Below, piece by piece: positions 29,701 through 40,844 of a stretch of DNA of 47,281 nt. The DNA is taken from the IMG/VR virus record IMGVR_UViG_2061766007_000513; one strand, written 5' to 3'. The notes under the pieces are model-generated. The model saw only the letters and a program-made list of their open reading frames with translations. It did not search any database and was not told the origin of the DNA. Made by a program: the position numbers and the translations under genes. Within the stretch, counting starts at the first letter, position 1; each line of letters starts with the position of its first letter. The DNA comes from an uncultured virus (IMG/VR IMGVR_UViG_2061766007_000513). Taxonomy: Duplodnaviria; Heunggongvirae; Uroviricota; Caudoviricetes.

Positions 29701-32700
29701 ATAATCATCAAATGTAATTCCAGCACTCTTTAATTGTTTTACCATATGGCCTATTGCTAATGCCACTAATACAAATGAACCAGTTGCAGCAATAGCTAGT
29801 GTTATAGCTGGAACTATAGCACCCATTTTATTGTCATAAATACCACCTATTAAAGCTATTCCAATACTTAATGATAATAATATAGCTGTTAATCCTGTCA
29901 TAAAACCTTTAACAATATTAGCAAATGCTTCCATTTGTTTATCATCAAATTTAGAATCCGATAAAGTATTAATAAGCATATCTAAACGCCAGAATATAAC
30001 ATAAAGAGATAATGTCAAACCTCCAAGTAATGACAATATTGGTATTAATATAGTCCAAGGATTATCAAATAATTTTGTTTCGGCAACAACTAATAGTATA
30101 CCAGCTATCATAGTCATTATGATCATCGATAACATCTTGAACATACTCTTTATTTTATCAGCGCCTTCGAGTGATAGCATAGACATTGATTGTGTTATAA
30201 CTTTAACACTATTAGCAAACGATTTAAATATAAATACCAAAGATAAAGTTATGCCTAAAAGGAACGAACCCATTATAATAATACCTTTTGCAGTATTATC
30301 GGCATAAAGTAATTTAAACTCAGCAAGTATAGCCATTATTCCAAGAGAAATTGTTCCGATTATAAGCGCCATTCCCTGTAAAACTTTTGAAAATGCCAAC
30401 ATACTTCCATCTTTAAATGACTTACTCATAGCATGCGCAAATATTCCAAACATTATTAATACTGCAGCTATAACACCTAATATAATGCCGACTGTTGTTA
30501 TATCGATTCCAATACCATTAGATTCAAGAATTGAATTTAATCCTATTATACCAAGTATAACAGCTCCTATCATTAAAACACAATAACCAAATGCCTTAAA
30601 ATCGATCTTAGCAACAGCTTCTATGATCTTAGCAATGCCTTTTGATATTATAAATATTGCTCCAGCTATAACAAATATAATAACAGAAATCATCATTATA
30701 GAATCCCAAGCATTACCACTTATTGGACTATCAGCAAGANNNNNNNNNNNNNNNNNNNNNNNNNNNNNNNNNNNNNNNNNNNNNNNNNNNNNNNNNNNNN
30801 NNNNNNNNNNNNNNNNNNNNNNNNNNNNNNNNNNNNNNNNNNNNNNNNNNNNNNNNNNNNNNNNNNNNNNNNNNNNNNNNNNNNNNNNNNNNNNNNNNNN
30901 NNNNNNNNNNNNNNNNNNNNNNNNNNNNNNNNNNNNNNNNNNNNNNNNNNNNNNNNNNNNNNNNNNNNNNNNNNNNNNNNNNNNNNNNNNNNNNNNNNNN
31001 NNNNNNNNNNNNNNNNNNNNNNNNNNNNNNNNNNNNNNNNNNNNNNNNNNNNNNNNNNNNNNNNNNNNNNNNNNNNNNNNNNNNNNNNNNNNNNNNNNNN
31101 NNNNNNNNNNNNNNNNNNNNNNNNNNNNNNNNNNNNNNNNNNNNNNNNNNNNNNNNNNNNNNNNNNNNNNNNNNNNNNNNNNNNNNNNNNNNNNNNNNNN
31201 NNNNNNNNNNNNNNNNNNNNNNNNNNNNNNNNNNNNNNNNNNNNNNNNNNNNNNNNNNNNNNNNNNNNNNNNNNNNNNNNNNNNNNNNNNNNNNNNNNNN
31301 NNNNNNNNNNNNNNNNNNNNNNNNNNNNNNNNNNNNNNNNNNNNNNNNNNNNNNNNNNNNNNNNNNNNNNNNNNNNNNNNNNNNNNNNNNNNNNNNNNNN
31401 NNNNNNNNNNNNNNNNNNNNNNNNNNNNNNNNNNNNNNNNNNNNNNNNNNNNNNNNNNNNNNNNATGCCGATGCAAATACAATCATTACTTTATAAAATC
31501 TCTTTAAATTTTCTTCTGGTAAGAAAGTTAATGCTGTTGCAGCTGCAGCTAACATTACAAATGCCACTGCCAACTTCATAACACCGCTAGAAATTTCATT
31601 TAATGCTTTTGCACCAAGCCATTTTGTTAATCCTTTAAATGCTTTAGCGCCATTACGCATCAATCTTAACAATCCACCAGAACCAAATACTTTAGTTATA
31701 ACATTAAACATCNNNNNNNNNNNNNNNNNNNNNNNNNNNNNNNNNTTCTCCATTGATTTCCAAGGTCTCTAATCATTACAGCAAGACCTTCAATAAATGT
31801 AGAAAGTACAGGTCTAAGAATGTTCGTATATATCCATCTTACAACAGTTGCAAAATTGATTATTACATCTTTCATTGTGTTAACAGCATCGGCCATTCTT
31901 CCTTTAGCTGTAGCTTCTTCTAATCCAAATATTGAAAGAATGGTAACNNNNNNNNNNNNNNNNNNNNNNNNNNNNNNNNNNNNNNNNNNNNNNNNNNNNN
32001 GATAAAATTACTTAAACCTGTTCCGCCTTTATATTTATTAAATACATCAGATAATTTACCGACGCTATTCCAAGCTTCTTTTGCTCGTGTAGCTATCTTA
32101 TTAAATCCATCTGCTAAATTCTCAATAACATTGCCTTTACCGCCGGTAAANNNNNNNNNNNNNNNNNNNNNNNNNNNNNNNNNNNNNNNNNNNNNNNNNN
32201 NNNNNNNNNNNNNNNNNNNNNNNNNNNNNNNNNNNNNNNNNNNNNNNNNNNNNNNNNNNNNNTTGCTTCTGCAGTATCCAGACTTTCTTCAAATACAAAT
32301 ATGCCATCAGCAATTTCTGCTAAAACTTCAAGAATTCCAGAAGCAATACCACTTATGAAATCCCATAAAGCAGAAATTATAGGTTTAAGCAATGCATTAT
32401 ATACGCCAACTGCAGCTTTACCAATCAACTTAATAACAGCTACTATTCCTCTTAAAACTCTAGCAACATTTGCTATTGTTTGCTGACTTGGTACAATTTT
32501 AGAAGTTAAATTAACAAATCCTTCACTTATTTTGACTAAAGTAGATATAAAGCTATCTCCACTTGGTATAAATTGATTTATTACAGACTTAATTATAGTT
32601 ACAATNNNNNNNNNNNNNNNNNNNNNNNNNNNNNNNNNCATTCTTATAAAAGTCGGTTTCTCCTAGTCTTTTCATGGTTTTATAAAACTCGAAACCCTTA

Positions 32701-34454
32701 GCTCTTAATTTTTCACTAAAAGTCATAAGTTTTTCGCCACTAGAATTTACCATGTTCTTTCTACCAGATTCTGCATCATCACCGTAAAGAGAATACCAAC
32801 CTTCTCTAAAGTTAGTTATTATACTCTTAAATCCAGAACCAAAAGCATAAATACCTTGAAATAAAACACGCCTACCATTTAAAAGACCGGACTGTATTTC
32901 TGCTTTTAAACTCTTTATCTGTTTCTTTAATTCTGCTAATCGTGCTTCATCTTCTTCAGTAAGTTCTGATTGATTTTTTAATTCATTATATTGTTTTCTT
33001 AATTTCTTAAGTTCACCTCTAGCATCTTCTTCAATTTCACTTTTCCAATGTGTAAATATATCACTTAAATCCCAAAGTCTATCAACAAATATTTCATAAA
33101 GTGAATTTGCTAAATCAGTCCAAATCTCTTTAGCTTCGTTATAATCACCGAATACTGATGTATATATAGTCGTCCAAACAGTAGAAGCAGCATCTTTAGC
33201 AGATTCAATAGCTTCTGTAAATGTTTTTGCTTCCTGAGCTGATAAGAAAGCTTTTATACCAAACTCAGAAACATAATTATGCCAATCATCAAGAGCTTTT
33301 TCGGCACTCTTTTCCGAATTTGTAAATATTTCACTATATTCTTTAAGGTATTCAGCATATTGCTTATTCATGCTATTTCTAGCTTGTTCTTCAGTTAGTT
33401 TATTAGCTTTTGCATATGCTTTAACCGTATCATCTGTTACTTTTTGAACTTTCTTCCATCTCTCAAGAATGGAAGTAACACTTTTTCCATTTAATTCTTT
33501 CTTATTAAATTTTGCAATCAGATCTTCATTACTTTTCTGAACAGCTTTAACTGCTTCTGCTGTAGTATGTATTGCTTTACCTTGATACTCACCACTATCG
33601 TATATAGCACGAATATCATCAACAGCTTCTGAATACTTACTGAATACCTGCATCATTACATCAGTAGTAAACCATTCACCTTCAGTTAAGTTATCTGTAA
33701 ACTGATTTATATTAAAACTAAGTTTATTAGCTTTCTTTCCGATTAATGTTGTATATGTTCCATTAAGATTATCTTTAAGAGTTCCTATTGCTAATGCTGC
33801 TTCTATAGCATTCTGTCTGAACTCTTTTGTATCCATGTTAAGATTCTGGATTGATTTCCAGTCTTCTTTTCTTATCTTTCCAGCACCAAGAGCCTGTGAT
33901 AACTGAAACATTGCTCTTGAAGCTTCATTTGCATTTTTACCAGATAGAGCTGCCCAATCGGCAATACCCATCATTGCTGTAGTTGCATCTTCCAACTTCT
34001 GACCAGATGCTGTAAACTTACCAATTTCTCCAACCATTGCTGTAAAGTTATATGAAGTCTCATCGGTAAAGTAATTTAATCTTGCAAGCTGATCATTAAT
34101 TTCTTCCATAGCATAACCCTGAGCTTTCAGAGTTGCCACAGCTGTTGTTAAATCTGCATATTTATTCCAACCAGCAGAAATTTGACCAATAGTATTCTCC
34201 TGAAGGAAATTAACTAATTTATTTGCAATATTATCTTTAATTTTGTCAATAACACGATCAACTATTGTATATGCCTTATCTGCAACTTTCTGTACATTAT
34301 CAGCAATACTATTCATTGCATCATTATCGACAACATCCTTGAAAGAAAGTTTGTCACGCAACTTGTCTAAGGTGCTCATCGTCTTCTTCGTATTTTGATC
34401 GAAGTCCGTAGCATCGAATTTCATTTGCACGACTCTTTCATCTATATCGACCAT
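26771..34454 (-). CDS. Tape measure protein (multiple gaps)
   Basis: MVDIDERVVQMKFD start, tape-measure-type LNYFTDETSYNF..G region, long hydrophobic helices, SPSK motifs; ORF pieces 32589..34454, 32114..32641, 27334..31753, 26771..27409. Confidence 0.85.
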
Positions 34455-34484
34455 GCGAGTTTTCCTCCCTTCACGATAATACTA

Positions 34485-34877
34485 TTAATTGTGTGATACT
34501 TCTTGCCAAGCTTCCGTTGCTATTCTGTCAAAGATTGGCGCTAATGCCGGATTGATGTAATCAACACCTTCAATCCAATGACCGTCAGCTGTTGCATGTC
34601 CTAACTGAATGTATAAAGCTACATTAAACCATTCTTCGGCCATGTTTTGATTTCCCCAAATCAATTTATATGTTCCGTCTTTATCCTTCTCGATATCATA
34701 ATACCATGATTCGGCAGTAACGCCAGTAGAGACAGGGGTATTATTTCTTAGAGCTTCTACTCCCTGTTTACCGTATTTGTGTAATATAGTACGTATACGG
34801 TTATCTCCAGATGTCATAATTCGCTTTAACCAGTTCTCCGTTTTATTCCACTTGCCTCTACTGACGAACTTTACCAT
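34485..34877 (-). CDS. HK97 gp10-like tail completion/neck protein
   Basis: NTPVSTGVTAESW, YIQLGHAT..G..IEGVDYINPAL motifs. Confidence 0.7.
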   Translation of the reverse strand: MVKFVSRGKWNKTENWLKRIMTSGDNRIRTILHKYGKQGVEALRNNTPVSTGVTAESWYYDIEKDKDGTYKLIWGNQNMAEEWFNVALYIQLGHATADGHWIEGVDYINPALAPIFDRIATEAWQEVSHN

Positions 34878-34881
34878 AATA

Positions 34882-35496
34882 TTATCCTTTCGTTTTGCCG
34901 AGCTGTTTTAGCCGCTGCTCGTTAAGGTTCTTATACTTTTCAGCTGTTTCTTTGTATGTTGCAGGTTTCTTCTTCTTATCATCTGGAGTATTATCATAGT
35001 TAATAATCTCTATAATTCGAAGAACCCTATTAATATTCCATTTTTCAGCAATATCCCAAGGTATTTGTTGTTCTGCTAATATCGCATATATACGATCTGC
35101 AGTAAACAAAGGTGATGCTCTCTTTTTCTTATCCTCTTTAACTGGAGGAACCTTCGGATCAGCGCCATGTGGATCTTGTAAATATGCGCCTATTGCTTCA
35201 GCATTACTTTGAGTAAGACCATAAAATATTCTATCGTCTATTTCATTAAACGGAATATTAGTAATCATACATTTCATAAAGTATCGCATTTCTTCTTCTG
35301 ATTTTGTAGGTTTCTGTTCTTTTAAATAAGGATTCTTATTTTCCTTTTCAAACCAAGGTTTGCAGAACTTTTCTTCCCACTTTGCGATAGCTTCAAGAGA
35401 ATTCTCCATTTCCAAATAAGTATCATGATCTATTTGGATAAAGGATTCAGTTCTCTCATCAAACAGCTTAAAGCTTTTTATTGTTAAAGGAAGCAA
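34882..35496 (-). CDS. Tail assembly chaperone-like protein (second)
   Basis: Position between tail tube and tape measure; TTG start; LEMENSLEAIAKWE motif. Confidence 0.6.
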   Translation of the reverse strand: MLPLTIKSFKLFDERTESFIQIDHDTYLEMENSLEAIAKWEEKFCKPWFEKENKNPYLKEQKPTKSEEEMRYFMKCMITNIPFNEIDDRIFYGLTQSNAEAIGAYLQDPHGADPKVPPVKEDKKKRASPLFTADRIYAILAEQQIPWDIAEKWNINRVLRIIEIINYDNTPDDKKKKPATYKETAEKYKNLNEQRLKQLGKTKG

Positions 35497-35501
35497 TCAA
35501 T

Positions 35502-36002
35502 TTATCCCTCTACAGGAGCGATTGATGTTACTTTATTCTCAGCGGCATTATTCTCTTCCTGATCCTTAAGGATCTCGGCAACTATTTCAGGCATTTCTAC
35601 ATTGCCTTCCTTCTCGGCCTTAGCAATCTCAGCCTGAACATCATTAGGAAGAATCTTCTTAAGGAAATCTCCAAATGCTTCTGCTGTAGATGTAAGCTCA
35701 TCAAAGAGCTGCTCATAGGCACAAGAAGTCTCAAATTCTTCTCTTACGGTCTGATTCTGGATGAATCTGTTACCATCTTCAGACACAATACCATAAGAAG
35801 TAAGAATAATATCTTCTATAGTCTCCAGGATTAACCTGTTATCGTTCTTAGTTATCATCTTCTCGAAGAGACCCTTAATACCACCAACATTCTGGTACTT
35901 AGCGTCCATCTTCTTAAGATTCTTGGGTGAAAGATAGAAGTAAAGCTCCTCTGATTTCTTTTCGCCCTTTAAGTTTGTGAATTTTACGATCCTTTTAAGC
36001 AT
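35502..36002 (-). CDS. Tail assembly chaperone-like protein (first)
   Basis: AAGGAG RBS; follows the major tail genes; SYG..SEDG.RF motif. Confidence 0.65.
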   Translation of the reverse strand: MLKRIVKFTNLKGEKKSEELYFYLSPKNLKKMDAKYQNVGGIKGLFEKMITKNDNRLILETIEDIILTSYGIVSEDGNRFIQNQTVREEFETSCAYEQLFDELTSTAEAFGDFLKKILPNDVQAEIAKAEKEGNVEMPEIVAEILKDQEENNAAENKVTSIAPVEG

Positions 36003-36156
36003 ATTTTTTCTCCTTTTAGTCTTGAAAATNNNNNNNNNNATGTAATATAGTACGTATACGGTTATCTCCAGATGTCATAATTCGCTTTAANNNNNNNNNN
36101 TTAGTAAATTGTACTTTGAACGTAGTGAGAAGTCCTTTCTGTGCCCATTTTGAATT

Positions 36157-36201
36157 AAAAAAATAATAGGGGAGTATCAGAAATCCGAAGCTCCCCTATA
36201 T
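36157..36201 (-). terminator. Rho-independent terminator after the major tail genes
   Basis: ATAGGGGAG/CTCCCCTAT stem followed by TATTTTTTT. Confidence 0.8.
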
Positions 36202-36231
36202 AAACTATTTAGTTGTCTTTTTTTCTTAAGA

Positions 36232-37002
36232 TCAGGTCTCAGAAAGCCATGTTCCGGTAGAACCATTCCAAGTTCTTAAGAAGTTGATAAGACTCTCAAG
36301 TGAAGGAAGTGTTCCGGTAGTACCATCGCCTTCACCAGGTGCACTGTCATCAGTACCATAGAGTTTATTCTCTATAGCTGTAACAAGAGCAGCATTGGTA
36401 TTTGTTCCAACTGTCTTGTAGATTGTAACATGAGCTACAGCTGCAAGAAGTTTCTCATTAGCGGGGGTCTTGTCACCGTTAGTATAGATCTTAAGTCCTG
36501 ATGTAGGCGGAATAGAACTGATTTCCCAGCTAAATTCCTGAGCCTCAGGTGAATCGTTTTCTGTAGCGTGATCCATTTCTGTAGGAGCTGCAGAAAGACC
36601 ATAAGCAATGTGAAGCTTATAGCTATACTTATCACCCTTAACGTCGTTACCTACAAGTGATCTCCAAGAGAATCCAAACTTTGTTCTGGACTGCTGTCCG
36701 AAATATGCAAATGCATCCGGAATCTCAACCTGTCCCATACAAGCATTGAATTCTACAGGATATGTGTAAGCCTTGATAGTGCCCTTCCAGTTCTCCTTAG
36801 AGATAAGAGAAAGGTACTTAATGTTATCTGCGTAGATATCATTAGCATCGGCACCATCAGGAGACTCTGTAACGCCAGTAAGACCATTCCAAGCTACTGC
36901 GTCACCATACTTACCACTATCGTTCATAGCATAATATACACCGCGATCGACACCAGTCTCATATAAACGATCACCAGTGCCATCCCAAGTAAGCATACTC
37001 AT
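36232..37002 (-). CDS. Major tail protein, paralog 2
   Basis: LTWD..RLYETGVD, AWNGLT, IYADNIKYL, YKLHIAY motifs. Confidence 0.85.
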   Translation of the reverse strand: MSMLTWDGTGDRLYETGVDRGVYYAMNDSGKYGDAVAWNGLTGVTESPDGADANDIYADNIKYLSLISKENWKGTIKAYTYPVEFNACMGQVEIPDAFAYFGQQSRTKFGFSWRSLVGNDVKGDKYSYKLHIAYGLSAAPTEMDHATENDSPEAQEFSWEISSIPPTSGLKIYTNGDKTPANEKLLAAVAHVTIYKTVGTNTNAALVTAIENKLYGTDDSAPGEGDGTTGTLPSLESLINFLRTWNGSTGTWLSET

Positions 37003-37034
37003 GGTTTATTTTCTCCTTTCTTATTTTGTGCCGA

Positions 37035-37757
37035 TTAAGCTGCTGCAGTCTTAATTTCATCGATCAGATCATCAATACCCATAAGGTATTCGTCAGCATC
37101 GAATACTTTAGCTTCAATTGCAGTATAAACATCATTATCTGTTCCATCTGATTTCTTTGAATCGATAACAACATGTGAAACAGGCTCAGGTACAATACCA
37201 TCTGCAATTTCATGTGTTGCTACCTCAGGAATCGAATTGATTTCCCATGAGAACTCGGTTGCTTCAGGAGAATCATTCTCAGTAGCATGATCTCTCTCCG
37301 AAGGAGCTGCCGAAAGGCCATATGCGATATGAAGCTTGTATCCATATCCATCACCTTCAGAAGCATTACCTACAATAGTTCTCCAAGCAAGAGCAAATCT
37401 CCTTCTTGACTGCTGTCCGAAGTAAATGTCATGTACGTCAGCAGAAGTGTTTCCAGAGTTAAACTCTATCTCACCCTCGCAAACCTTAAACTGCTTAGGA
37501 CTCTGGTAAGCCTTGATAGTACCCTTCCAGTTCTCCTTAGAGATCAGTGAAAGGTATTTGATGTTATCGGCATAAATGTCGTTTGCATCTGCACCATCAG
37601 GAGATTCGGTAATACCTGTAATACCATTCCAAGCAACAGGCTTGCTATAAGGATGTAACGGATCTTCGGACTTCGAGTTCATAAGAAACAGTGCAACGTG
37701 ATCGACACCAGTCTCATACAAACGCTTCTCAGTCTCGTCCCATGTAAGTCTAGCCAT
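37035..37757 (-). CDS. Major tail protein, paralog 1
   Basis: Same motifs as 36232..37002; AGGAGG RBS. Confidence 0.85.
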   Translation of the reverse strand: MARLTWDETEKRLYETGVDHVALFLMNSKSEDPLHPYSKPVAWNGITGITESPDGADANDIYADNIKYLSLISKENWKGTIKAYQSPKQFKVCEGEIEFNSGNTSADVHDIYFGQQSRRRFALAWRTIVGNASEGDGYGYKLHIAYGLSAAPSERDHATENDSPEATEFSWEINSIPEVATHEIADGIVPEPVSHVVIDSKKSDGTDNDVYTAIEAKVFDADEYLMGIDDLIDEIKTAAA

Positions 37758-37774
37758 GGTTTTTCCTCCTTATG

Positions 37775-38074
37775 TTAGTAGTAAATTGTGAAGGAATCAT
37801 GATGCAGATTATCCGCAACATAATGCCTTGAGTGCTCACAAAACGGTAACATCAATAACTCAACAACTGTCGGATCATCAGGTTCTTTTGTTATATACCT
37901 CATGCTATATGCGCAGTGAACTAAGTATTTTGAATTATCCGCTTTCTGAGTAGATAGTTTTTCCCTTGAGTATATAATACAAGGGTATTTGAGCTTAGTT
38001 GATTCAGGTGGTTGGTAATATACATTATCGCAATAAGTCTTTAACAACTTATGCAATTCAAGTCTCGGTCTCAT
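37775..38074 (-). CDS. Tail terminator protein
   Basis: NVYYQPP..LKYPCIIY..DNLHHD..IYY pattern; precedes the major tail gene. Confidence 0.7.
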   Translation of the reverse strand: MRPRLELHKLLKTYCDNVYYQPPESTKLKYPCIIYSREKLSTQKADNSKYLVHCAYSMRYITKEPDDPTVVELLMLPFCEHSRHYVADNLHHDSFTIYY

Positions 38075-38405
38075 TCCAAACACCTCCTAAACTGAATACC
38101 ATTCTAGGATAGTTAGTAACATCAACCGACGATACCTTCCACTTAACTCCCAAATGCTCAATCCAAATAATCGAGGTGAAATTGGTCAATGCAAATGGAT
38201 TACCAATAATACTAAGACTATTAGATAACTGAAAATTATCATTGATACTTTCACCGTTGCTGTTTCTGGAAGTATTCTTAACCACGTCTCCCTTATATGT
38301 GCGTACAGTTATTTCTTCTTTCCATACTCCAGTTCCATCACCGTTTTCATCTTTAACTTCGTATGTTCTACGATAGCCAACTTTGTCACAGTAACGCATT
38401 GCCAA
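38058..38405 (-). CDS. Head closure (stopper) protein
   Basis: GVW.E..Y.GDV..N.LSI..GVKWKVSSV..YPR; follows the capsid gene; TTG start with GAGG RBS. Confidence 0.65.
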   Translation of the reverse strand: MAMRYCDKVGYRRTYEVKDENGDGTGVWKEEITVRTYKGDVVKNTSRNSNGESINDNFQLSNSLSIIGNPFALTNFTSIIWIEHLGVKWKVSSVDVTNYPRMVFSLGGVWNETET

Positions 38406-38452
38406 TTCCTCCTCTCCTATTTATTTTGATTTCCGGTTAATCTTTATTCATA

Positions 38453-40822
38453 TCAAGCCTGAATAGTTCTAAGACCTGAGAAGCTAAGGATCTTAGTAAT
38501 TGTCTCACCATTAAGAGTGGTAACAACCTTAAGCTTCTGCTTATTGTCCTTGAATCTTGTAACTGACTGCATATCAGAATCAAGAGTCTTAACCTGATCA
38601 TCAGTGTAACCGCCGATTGTCTGGATAGTAACGGTTGCGCCTTCAGAAGCCTCATACTTAAGAACTACGAAGTAACCGCTATTCTCCTCAGGATCCTCTG
38701 AGTAACCGGTCCAGTTAGATACATACTTAAGAGTACCCTGAATGCTGTTGTCGTTAACGTATACATTCTGCTGAACATCGCTAACAAGCTTGCCAAGTAC
38801 TGTGGTAGAACCTTCCTCAGCCTGTACATCGATAGTAAGGTTGTATACAAACTCGTAAACGATTGCGCTGTAAGGCTTAACAAGAGCACCTGAGAATCTA
38901 GACTCCATCAGGTACTTCTGCTTGTTGAAGTCGATATCGAAATCATCGAACATGCTAAGAGCGCCACCACGATCACGACCAACAACATAGTCTGCAAGGT
39001 TAACAAGGATAGCACCAAGATACTTGGTATCATTGCCATCGATTCTGTAAAGGCCGTCAAATACAGGAACCTCAACGATCTTGCTAACACGAAGAGCGGT
39101 CTGAAGCTCTGCTACAGAGTTATACATACGTCTCTTGGTTGTATCCTTGAGAAGCAGCATATCGCAAAGCAGATCGCTTGTGATGAACATAGTAGGAGCA
39201 CCTGAACCTCTGTAAAGTCTAAGTGAACGAACTACGTTGTCGATGAAGAGCTCAGCCTTAGTATCAGCAGATGTAGAAGCTGTGATAGCGATAGATCTCT
39301 TAACTGTGAAGAGGTCATCATCTGTCCAGATAGGTCTGATGTTGTTCTCTTTGATCTTGTCAGGGCTAAGACCATTACGTCCATCACCAACAAGGATTGC
39401 ACGAGCACATTCCTCATCAAACATAACTCTCATCTCAGCCTTGATGAACTCGATAACTGAGAAATCAGTGATATCGATGATGTCATCACGGTCGATAGTC
39501 TGCTTCTTGTAAACAGTGGTAGGAGTAGTCTCTCTCTTTAACAGAGCGAATACTTCATCAACCTTACGGTTGCCCTTGATGTAACCCTTAGCACGTGCCT
39601 CATCTTCGGTAATATCAGCGAAGATAGTCTTAACACGGCTGAAAGGAGACTGGCGAACGCCATCCATAACTGTGTTAACCCACTCAGTTCTTCTCTTGAT
39701 GAACTCGGGCTTCTCAGTGTAGTTCTTTGCATTGGGGAACAGGTAATCGATATTGTCGATACCATACTCTGCGCTGTGAGCCATTACAGAATCCTTAAGT
39801 GAACCAAACTTAAGAGCATCCTGCATAATATCCTGGCAAAATTCAGCTGAATGAATCATAACTTCGTTGTTGTTTCCTTCGTTTTCGAAAACGTTGTTTC
39901 TAGCCATCTCTTTTTCTCCTTCTTCTGTAAAATTAGAATGATTTAAAGTTTCGTCATCATCGTCATTCTCTTCATCATCATCATCATCAGACTCAGAGTT
40001 ATCAGTTTCAGACGTATTGTCACCTTCTTCATTGTTCTCTTCTTCCTCAACTGAGCTATGCTCTATAGCATCGTTAGATTCACCGAAAAGACTAAATGAT
40101 TCAGGTGCTTCTTCAGTTTCGCCATCAAGATCATCATTTTCCTCTGCTGAGTGTGAAACTTCATCACCATCACCAGACTTATTGGCCTTTTCTGCTTCTT
40201 CAGCAACAATACCCATCATGATCTTCATGGCTTTAATCTGATCCTCGTTCATGGTATCAATTGTACCCTCGAGGTCAAATTCATCTTCATTCTTTTCGTT
40301 CTCCCCATCGGCAGCATGATTAAGTGATTCTTCAAACTCTTCTTCAGCTGCAGAATGAATAATGGGGTTCTCAGCGCCAGCAAATATCTGTACGGCATCT
40401 TCACCGTCTTCATCATCGGCACTAGTTCCATGTGCTAAAACTGTGTCAATCTTAGCGCCACGGTTGGCCCCCGCAAGGACAAGAGATACTTCTCTTATAA
40501 CGCCATGAGTTACATCACGGCCAGCCTGCTTAAGCTTATTTGCAAAAACAGATAGAGAATCCAAATCTCCATTCTTTATGAGGGACAAAGCTGTTTTGCC
40601 AGCCACGGTTTCCTTGTTAATGTTTCCATAACAATAGACACCGTCAGGACGATTTTCCAATGTAACATGTCCGATAACATTATCAAGTGACTTGTGGTCA
40701 TGATTGTAAACCAACGGAACCTGCATTCCATCACAATCCTTGAACGCATTCTGCTTAATAACTCTACCATCGTCACAAAGAATATCGTTCTTGGTGGCAT
40801 ATCCACTAAAATCGTAGATCAT
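38453..40822 (-). CDS. Prohead protease-linker-major capsid fusion with a C-terminal extra domain
   Basis: N-terminal HK97-type protease motifs (FSGYAT, LVYNH, LSVFA, EVSLV..GAN), acidic linker, capsid-type region ending FDDFDIDFNKQKYLMESRFSG. Confidence 0.9.
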   Translation of the reverse strand: MIYDFSGYATKNDILCDDGRVIKQNAFKDCDGMQVPLVYNHDHKSLDNVIGHVTLENRPDGVYCYGNINKETVAGKTALSLIKNGDLDSLSVFANKLKQAGRDVTHGVIREVSLVLAGANRGAKIDTVLAHGTSADDEDGEDAVQIFAGAENPIIHSAAEEEFEESLNHAADGENEKNEDEFDLEGTIDTMNEDQIKAMKIMMGIVAEEAEKANKSGDGDEVSHSAEENDDLDGETEEAPESFSLFGESNDAIEHSSVEEEENNEEGDNTSETDNSESDDDDDEENDDDDETLNHSNFTEEGEKEMARNNVFENEGNNNEVMIHSAEFCQDIMQDALKFGSLKDSVMAHSAEYGIDNIDYLFPNAKNYTEKPEFIKRRTEWVNTVMDGVRQSPFSRVKTIFADITEDEARAKGYIKGNRKVDEVFALLKRETTPTTVYKKQTIDRDDIIDITDFSVIEFIKAEMRVMFDEECARAILVGDGRNGLSPDKIKENNIRPIWTDDDLFTVKRSIAITASTSADTKAELFIDNVVRSLRLYRGSGAPTMFITSDLLCDMLLLKDTTKRRMYNSVAELQTALRVSKIVEVPVFDGLYRIDGNDTKYLGAILVNLADYVVGRDRGGALSMFDDFDIDFNKQKYLMESRFSGALVKPYSAIVYEFVYNLTIDVQAEEGSTTVLGKLVSDVQQNVYVNDNSIQGTLKYVSNWTGYSEDPEENSGYFVVLKYEASEGATVTIQTIGGYTDDQVKTLDSDMQSVTRFKDNKQKLKVVTTLNGETITKILSFSGLRTIQA

Positions 40823-40844
40823 GTTCTTTCTCCTCTCTTAATAT

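Noticed and set aside
35490..35530. Programmed -1 frameshift between the tail chaperones
   Set aside because: No clear XXXYYYZ slippery heptamer before the stop; the second gene has its own GAGGG-TTG start.
36040..36090. Island matching ~34780-34829 (neck gene), possible spacer or repeat
   Set aside because: Isolated between two N gaps; most likely a misplaced mini-contig.
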